From Vezdaea acicularis (taxonomy: Eukaryota): a stretch of 40,385 nt of DNA. Below are positions 34,698 to 40,385 of the stretch, piece after piece. Each line of letters starts with the position of its first letter. The first letter of the stretch is position 1. The stretch spans positions 124,001-164,385 of the forward strand of contig JAPEUI010000031.1 in the NCBI GenBank assembly GCA_026025075.1. The letters are read 5' to 3'. The notes under the pieces are model-generated. The model searched no databases. It was not told where the DNA came from and saw nothing but the letters and a program-made list of their open reading frames with translations. The translations under genes and the position numbers were made by a program.

Positions 34698-37600
34698 ATG
34701 ACGCGACCGCAAATCATACGCGCAGGTAGGATCCCTTTGGTGGAAGAGAATTATGAACGACGCAATGTGTGCCATTTTAGCAGAACATCGCAGCTGGAGT
34801 GTGTGATGCAGCCGGGCTGACGGGTTCTGCTTTAGATACTATCGATTTACAAGATGTTGATGCCCCCTCCGCGAAAGACCATACCCGCCAGCCTACCCAT
34901 CCAGCTCCTTTGGGAGCCGGCCCACCCTCCCCCCACCAAGCAGGTGCTCTGAGACGAGCAGAAGACGATTCAATCGAGCAAAAGCAGCACAGCCCAAGCG
35001 CATCACAAGACTTCAATTCTACCGATATTCACAATCAGAATTCGATTACAGCCCATGGCGAAGGTGAAGCTGGCCATCCTCAGCAGAATGGCGGCCTCAA
35101 CGGTACGCAAGGGGAGGATGGAGAATTGGCAGATTCAGAGGGCGACGACGGTCTGGACGATGATATGCTGGACAAAATATCAAGCTCTCCGTCAATAGAC
35201 GATGGTGGGTCAAAGCTTCCCATATACTGGCCGCTTCGGAAAGACTCATTGTCTTCCTGTTCTTCTCCCAATACGCCATCATCTGCTCGTCAGATGATGG
35301 AGCTGTCTTCTTCTCCTTTTCTCTCGACGCCTCTTCATTTTCCTCTATCTTCTCATCAAGACGGTGTGGTCGAGGATCAAACAAGCCATCATCAGATAAT
35401 AGGTTCGTATAAGGCCAACTTCATCCAGATTGGACATGTCAACGACGACAAGGACGACTTTGAGGACGAAGACCGTGATCTAGTTGGCCCTCTACTCTCA
35501 GAGCAGGATCCCGGTTTTTTCAACACGCAGGAGCAGTATGAGCGCCCGCATTCCCCTTACGACGCCTCTTTCGAGGTTAACCAATTTTACAATCTTCTTC
35601 TTCCGTCCTCGGATCACCTGCTGGACGGCATTCGAGAACGGGACCTTGCCCGTTCGAGCTATGATTGGGACTCTATCTTTGATGGACGGCCGGTTCCTGA
35701 AGAACTTCCAGCATTTGATGATGATGATGATTGCTTCGATGATCCCGGCTCCCCGGATGATGAGCTTTTCTTTCCTGATGATCTTCGCTATGTCGCCACT
35801 GGATGGGGGGGAGATTGCTTACGAGAACTAGAGGATATCGATTTCGAGTTCGTCTACGCCCTTCATACGTTTGTGGCTACCGTCGAGGGCCAGGCAAATG
35901 CAACGAAAGGCGACACCATGGTCTTGCTGGACGATAGCAACAGCTACTGGTGGCTCGTCAGAGTTGTCAAGGATAGCAGTATAGGTAAACTCACTTGGTG
36001 TATGATAGACCTACGTCGCATGGCTGACTGTTTTTTGCCTCTAGGCTACTTACCTGCAGAACATATCGAAACACCGACAGAACGGTTGGCTCGACTGAAT
36101 AAGCACAGGAATATAGACGTAAGCTTGATTGAATCGCAATGGCTCGATAGTACTGACCTTCGTCAAGCTCTCTGCAACCATGTTATCAGACAATGCAGAG
36201 AAGTCGAAAAACCCCCTCAAGAAGGCCATAAGACGGCGAAATGCCAAGACTGTTCAATTCGCCGCACCAACGTATTACGAGGCTGCGGAGATAGATTATT
36301 CATCGTCAGAAGAAGACGGGGAAGGAGAGTCTCCATCGACTGATGACCATGCCGGTGAGGATGAAGAGAGTCAGAAGGACGACCGAGATGAGATCACTGC
36401 GGTTGAGCCGCTGAAGGTTCGGGCTCCTGGCAAAGAACGGGGCAATGAGGCCGTCGGTAAACCGGACCAGGCTTCAGCTACCGCTGAAGCTGAAGCAAGA
36501 GCGGCTCCCGATGTGCAGCAATTGGCTGAAGATGACGCCGACGCACAAAGTAAGCGTAGCCTAGCAGATCTTAGGAAAGCTTTACTAATGACTATTCTAG
36601 TTGCTGCTGCTGAACGAAAGACCAAAGCCGGAACCGTTCGGAATACGGATTCGTTCTTTGGTGACAGTACCCAGGAAACTCGTAAGATCAGTCTGACTCC
36701 CAAGCTACTCTCAGACGATTCTAGCAATGCATCCACCAAGTCCACCGACTCAAAAGAGGTAAGGGTCTCTCAGTCCTCAATGATCAATGATACTGACCTT
36801 TTGCGCAGCCGGTCAAGTCTAGAGGTAGCATCGAGACAGCCGAGAAAGTGGCTTCTCCTGTTGAGAAGAGTAAAGAGGACAAGAAGAAGAAAGAGAAGAA
36901 GCCTGGTATGCTCAGTGGGCTCTTCAAGAGAAGCAAAGAGAAGAAGAATAAAGCTCAGGATGAGGAAGCAGACGATGGCGTTCCTTCCGAGAAACTCTCT
37001 GGAGATTCTGCGCGGTCGTCTCCCGTCCAGAAGACCTCGGAAGACTCATCGCCGATGGAAACACAGGCGCCACTGTCCGTGATATCACCACAGGCTCCAA
37101 ACCGCCAGCCAAGCAAACTTCAGAAGCCTCCTCCCCTTGATGTTTCTACCAGTAAACCAGCAGCACAGCCTCTTGTCCGTGACGTGCAACCACCAACGGT
37201 CCAGGCTCCTGATCGTCCTGCGCCTACAATCGAGCAGGCTACGACGATGCGGGCGGTCGAGCCTGGATACGAGGATCAAGACCGCCCGGCGCCGCTGAGA
37301 ATACAGACGGGAAGTAGAAGCGGAGGTGGGGAAAGTACGCCAGAGCCGAAGAAAGAAGCCAAGGAGGGTATGTTCTCGCCGCTCACGAACATGCTCAGGT
37401 CGTCCTCGAACTCGGAACCAAAGCCCGAGAAAGTCAAGAAAGCCAAGCAGCGGGTCGAGCTTGATGAGTTTGACTCGTCGCCCGATACGGAAGAATCGCC
37501 AGAGCCTATGGCTAGAAGGCAAGGCCCAGGAAGCGGTCCTCATGAGCCTGTGCACCATACCGACCCGCTTTCGGAGTCTCCCGTGCATGTGTCCGCGTCA

Positions 37601-38056
37601 GAAGCGCAACCTTCACATCCCCCACCTCTCATGGTTGATTCTTCGAGCCAGGAGGAAGCTTCCGTCTCACCAGTTTCTCCATCCTCGTCGCCCGAACTGG
37701 TCGACAGACCGGGTGCTCATGACGATAAGATGGATACGCCAAACTCCACAGCGGAGTCATCCACACCGACGCCCACGTGGAGCGATGCGAGCTTGAGGGC
37801 CTATCTCGAGGATAGCAGTGAGGCCCGTGATTTACTGATCGTGGTCCACGATAAATCAGGTGTCGTGCCAGCGGGGCCCGATCATCCACTGATCAGCGGG
37901 CTCTTCAAGGAAGAAAAAGTGCAACTGGCGGATATGCAGACGGTAAGGTCTATTGCTGTAAGCTTTGAATAGCGTATACTAACTTTTTTCGAACAGCGGC
38001 TCGATGGCCTGCTTAATGACTTTCTCGCTCGCAGAGCTCACACACCGCGTCGGTAA
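34698..38056 (+). CDS. teaC: SH3-domain cell-polarity protein TeaC/Tea4/Bud14. Exons 34698-34725, 34836-35204, 35832-35984, 36045-36118, 36168-36549, 36601-36758, 36809-37942, 37997-38056; 785 aa, or 994 aa if 35205-35831 is retained
   Basis: Motifs MTRPQIIRA|DTIDLQD, SH3 DIDFEFVYALHTFVATVEGQANATKGD..LLDDSNSYWWLVRVVKDSSIG|YLPAEHIETPTERLARLNKHRN, PP1-binding RVxF-type KTVQF and C-terminal TWSDASLRAYL. All splice phases are consistent; intron 36119-36167 uses an AAG acceptor. Confidence 0.92.
35205..35831 (+). other. 627-nt in-frame, stop-free alternative intron (exitron candidate) in teaC
   Basis: Donor G|GTGGGT at 35205, branch-like GCTTAC at 35817-35822, acceptor TAG at 35829-35831. The length is 209 codons and the ORF track reads straight through it. 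Confidence 0.7.
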
Positions 38057-38683
38057 TAATCTTCTAAGAAGGGGAGGGGCAAGACTTTTGGTTGAGTTGG
38101 TCACGGTGGGGCGCATATACATACGACAGGCACGACTCCACACCACATACCCAGCACGCTGTATCATGATCTCCTAGACTCACACGAAACGGGGAGTTCT
38201 TCGTGGCGTTTTCTTTTTCTTGTTTCCGCGGACCGGGGGCGCGAACGGGCGGCTTTTTCTTTTCTGGGCATTCAATTCAATGCACGCAGGACTTTTTGTT
38301 ACCGTGCTTGATTCCCTTTTTTGTTTCTCTTCCGGTCTCGTTCCATGCCCGTGCTGTAAGCATGTGCTTTTTGTGGGGTTTTCAAGGTGGAGACGGACGA
38401 CGACGATAGGTTAGGCCTGCTAGTTTAGCGCCGAAATGGAAGGTTTCTTGGTCCTCCGTTCGGGAAAAGCTCCACTTGGTGGAGAGGTTCCTCCTCCCGT
38501 GAATCTCACTCAACTCTGTCTCTGGATCCGCTGTTGAATCTTTTTCGTTGGGTTTCCCAATGGGACTGGGGTCTCGGCCGCGGAGTATTTAAGAATGGGC
38601 GACCGCCCGTTTTTTTATTTCCTCTCTCTCATACTTCTTCCTGCATCGAATAACTACCCGATATCTCGATGATATCACATACA

Positions 38684-40183
38684 ATGCCTTCTCCTTCGCC
38701 TTCATCATCATCCGCAAATTCCCCCACCCCTTCCCCCATCCCTTTCTCCTCCCCCTCCTCCCCCTCCCCTCCTTCGCACTTAAGCCCGCCCACCCCCGCT
38801 CCTCTCCCTCCGCTTCCGCCCTTCCCACTCGACTGGCACGAAACGGCGCAGCACTGGAGAGATTCTGTTACTAATGTCCGCCGCGCCGTCATGATCGCCC
38901 TTGCTGCTGCGGTCCCGCCCCCGAATTCTCCTGTGTCGTCGTCGTCGTCTTTCGAGGACTTTTCGTCCGAGGCTCTGGGGTTGAGTTCTGGGGTGGGAGA
39001 ACAGGAGGAGGAGGGATATGCTTACCACCCGCCCGTCTCGCCCGGCGGAATACCCTCGAGATCGTCTTCTTCGGCTTCGGCCACTTACTCCGCGGCCTCC
39101 TCCCTCGCGTTCGGACGGGGTGAGGCGGATCATTCTAATAGCCCCGCCACCCCTCCGCCTCCGCCTCCGCCTCCATCCTTCACGCAATTCCACCCCGCCT
39201 CTCTTTCCAGGAGCACCACCAACTGCAGCACGAGCTCGGCCTCACCCACCTCCTCTCCCGCCGCCGCCTCCGCCGCAGCAGTCCAAGAAATACGACAAAT
39301 CCTATCCTCCCTCCTAGAAGAGCAGCGAAGAGTAGAATACGGGGTTATAAGGAGTATGCCACCGGCACCAACAACCTTTTCCGGCCTCTCTGCCCACTCC
39401 GCGTTCTCCGCGTTCTCCGCTCCGACCTATACGTATACGTATCCGCGTACACCCTCGACTGTTCTCCCGCGGAGGAGTCCGTCGTCTGGTCCGCGGAGTA
39501 GGTCTTCCTCTCCGCCTGCTTCGGGGACGTGGACGCCGCGGTCTCCAAGGTCTTGCTATTCTTACTCTTACTCTCGCCATTGTCAACGCGGAAGGGAGCG
39601 TGGACGGGAGCGCCGCCGCTGCTACCGTCGTGAGCATGCGAGGGGGAGTCCGCGTGCGAGGGAGAGGTATTATGGGACGGACCTGGGAGCGCAGGTTGCG
39701 TTGGACTGTGCGCTTGATCGTGCTTTGGGCGGGAGGAGGGGGAGAGGGAGTGGTGGTGGTGAGTTCCACGAGGACGAGGAGGAGGAAGACGGAGACGATG
39801 AGGAGGAGGACGAGGAAGATTTCTCCTCCGATGACGACGACGACGAGAGCATCACCCCCCGCTACTACCACCACCACCCCTCTCCTCCCCCATCTCGCTG
39901 CCCCCTCACCCGGCCAGCGCGTCGTCTCCTCTATCCCCTTCCAGCTCCCCGTCCAACTCAGCATGACTACAACACCTCAGTCAACGATCCTCGTCGCCGC
40001 CCCCCCCCTTTCTCGACCCGCTGCGCCATGGAGGGATGGACAGTACATGATGTCCGATGTTCCACAGTCTACGAGAGCAACCCCCTCCTCCTCGTCCGCG
40101 TACTCACATTCCCCTTAACCACATCCCTAACCACGCCAATGCCTTCGTTCTCCTTCTCCTCCCCGGCGGGCAACCACTCCTGA
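38684..40183 (+). CDS. Hypothetical low-complexity Ser/Pro-rich protein with acidic tract, about 499 aa
   Basis: A 1.5-kb open frame with ACA-ATG at 38684 (alternative ATG at 38669) and no recognisable domain. Low complexity and high GC make a chance ORF possible. Confidence 0.45.
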   Translation: MPSPSPSSSSANSPTPSPIPFSSPSSPSPPSHLSPPTPAPLPPLPPFPLDWHETAQHWRDSVTNVRRAVMIALAAAVPPPNSPVSSSSSFEDFSSEALGLSSGVGEQEEEGYAYHPPVSPGGIPSRSSSSASATYSAASSLAFGRGEADHSNSPATPPPPPPPPSFTQFHPASLSRSTTNCSTSSASPTSSPAAASAAAVQEIRQILSSLLEEQRRVEYGVIRSMPPAPTTFSGLSAHSAFSAFSAPTYTYTYPRTPSTVLPRRSPSSGPRSRSSSPPASGTWTPRSPRSCYSYSYSRHCQRGRERGRERRRCYRREHARGSPRARERYYGTDLGAQVALDCALDRALGGRRGRGSGGGEFHEDEEEEDGDDEEEDEEDFSSDDDDDESITPRYYHHHPSPPPSRCPLTRPARRLLYPLPAPRPTQHDYNTSVNDPRRRPPPFSTRCAMEGWTVHDVRCSTVYESNPLLLVRVLTFPLTTSLTTPMPSFSFSSPAGNHS

Positions 40184-40385
40184 CCTTCCGCCCCCTTGCC
40201 ACTCATCAAACGGCCCATACGCTCCCAATGCCGCCTCGCATCCGGGTCGTCGTATGCGACTTGGCTGGCCACGGGTCCGGGGGCGGGTTCGGCTTTCGCA
40301 GCGGTCCGCCGGCGGGCGAGGGGGTGGGCTTCGGTGTCGGGCGTGCTGCCGCGCGAGAGCGGCGTAGAGTGTGCGCTGGTGTTGC
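39967..40385 (-). CDS. Probable 3' end of an unidentified minus-strand gene entering from outside the window. Exons >40385-40108, 40020-39967
   Basis: The frame is open from the window edge (..YDDPDARRHWERMGRLMSGK..GVVRDVVKGN). A consensus donor GTGAGT at 40107 and CAG acceptor at 40023-40021 give RVEKGGGRRRGSLTEVL*. The branch site is weak. Confidence 0.45.

Noticed and set aside
34726..34835. Possible microexon or stwintron in teaC intron 1 (internal TTTTAGCAG and GTGTGT)
   Set aside because: The upstream part lacks a branch site, the downstream part would be only 37 nt, and the simple intron already gives the expected MTRPQIIRADTIDLQD.
40112..40132. CCCTAA-like hexamers, considered as a telomeric repeat
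   Set aside because: Only isolated copies, explained by the codons GTG GTT AGG/AAG of the minus-strand ORF.
1..40385. tRNA, rRNA, CRISPR array or bacterial-type operon/defence system
   Set aside because: None seen by eye. The DNA is intron-containing fungal sequence and no repeat-spacer array is present. A tRNAscan-SE/Infernal run would be needed to exclude small RNAs formally.

Overview
Eukaryotic DNA from a filamentous ascomycete (Pezizomycotina), judged from short GT-AG introns with CTRAC/CTRAY branch sites and fungal-specific genes. Hand-spliced conserved genes, in order: a Clg1/PCL-family cyclin (5' truncated), chitin synthase export chaperone Chs7, eIF2B delta (GCD2), complex I subunit NDUFC2, a Shg1/BOD1-domain protein with an RS/RD-rich tail, GPI12/PIG-L, a 7-exon NAD kinase, an RBR (RING1-IBR-RING2) protein, a Nnk1-like Ser/Thr kinase and the SH3 polarity protein TeaC/Tea4/Bud14. 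The window ends in a low-complexity ORF and the probable 3' end of a minus-strand gene. The most interesting observations are: (1) a 52-aa Cys/His microprotein gene at 7435-7593, below the ORF-track cutoff, with its own TATA box and 5'UTR intron; (2) an RBR protein with Ser in place of the catalytic RING2 cysteine; (3) a 627-nt stop-free, in-frame intron (exitron) just before the TeaC SH3 domain; (4) an accessory island of about 8 kb (22.5-30.4 kb) with two secreted Cys-rich genes, an inverted pair of tiny TA-flanked CAGTGGG-ended (impala/mimp-like) MITEs and an orphan gene. No rRNA, tRNA, CRISPR array or intact transposase was recognised. Gene identities rest on motif recognition by eye, not on database searches.
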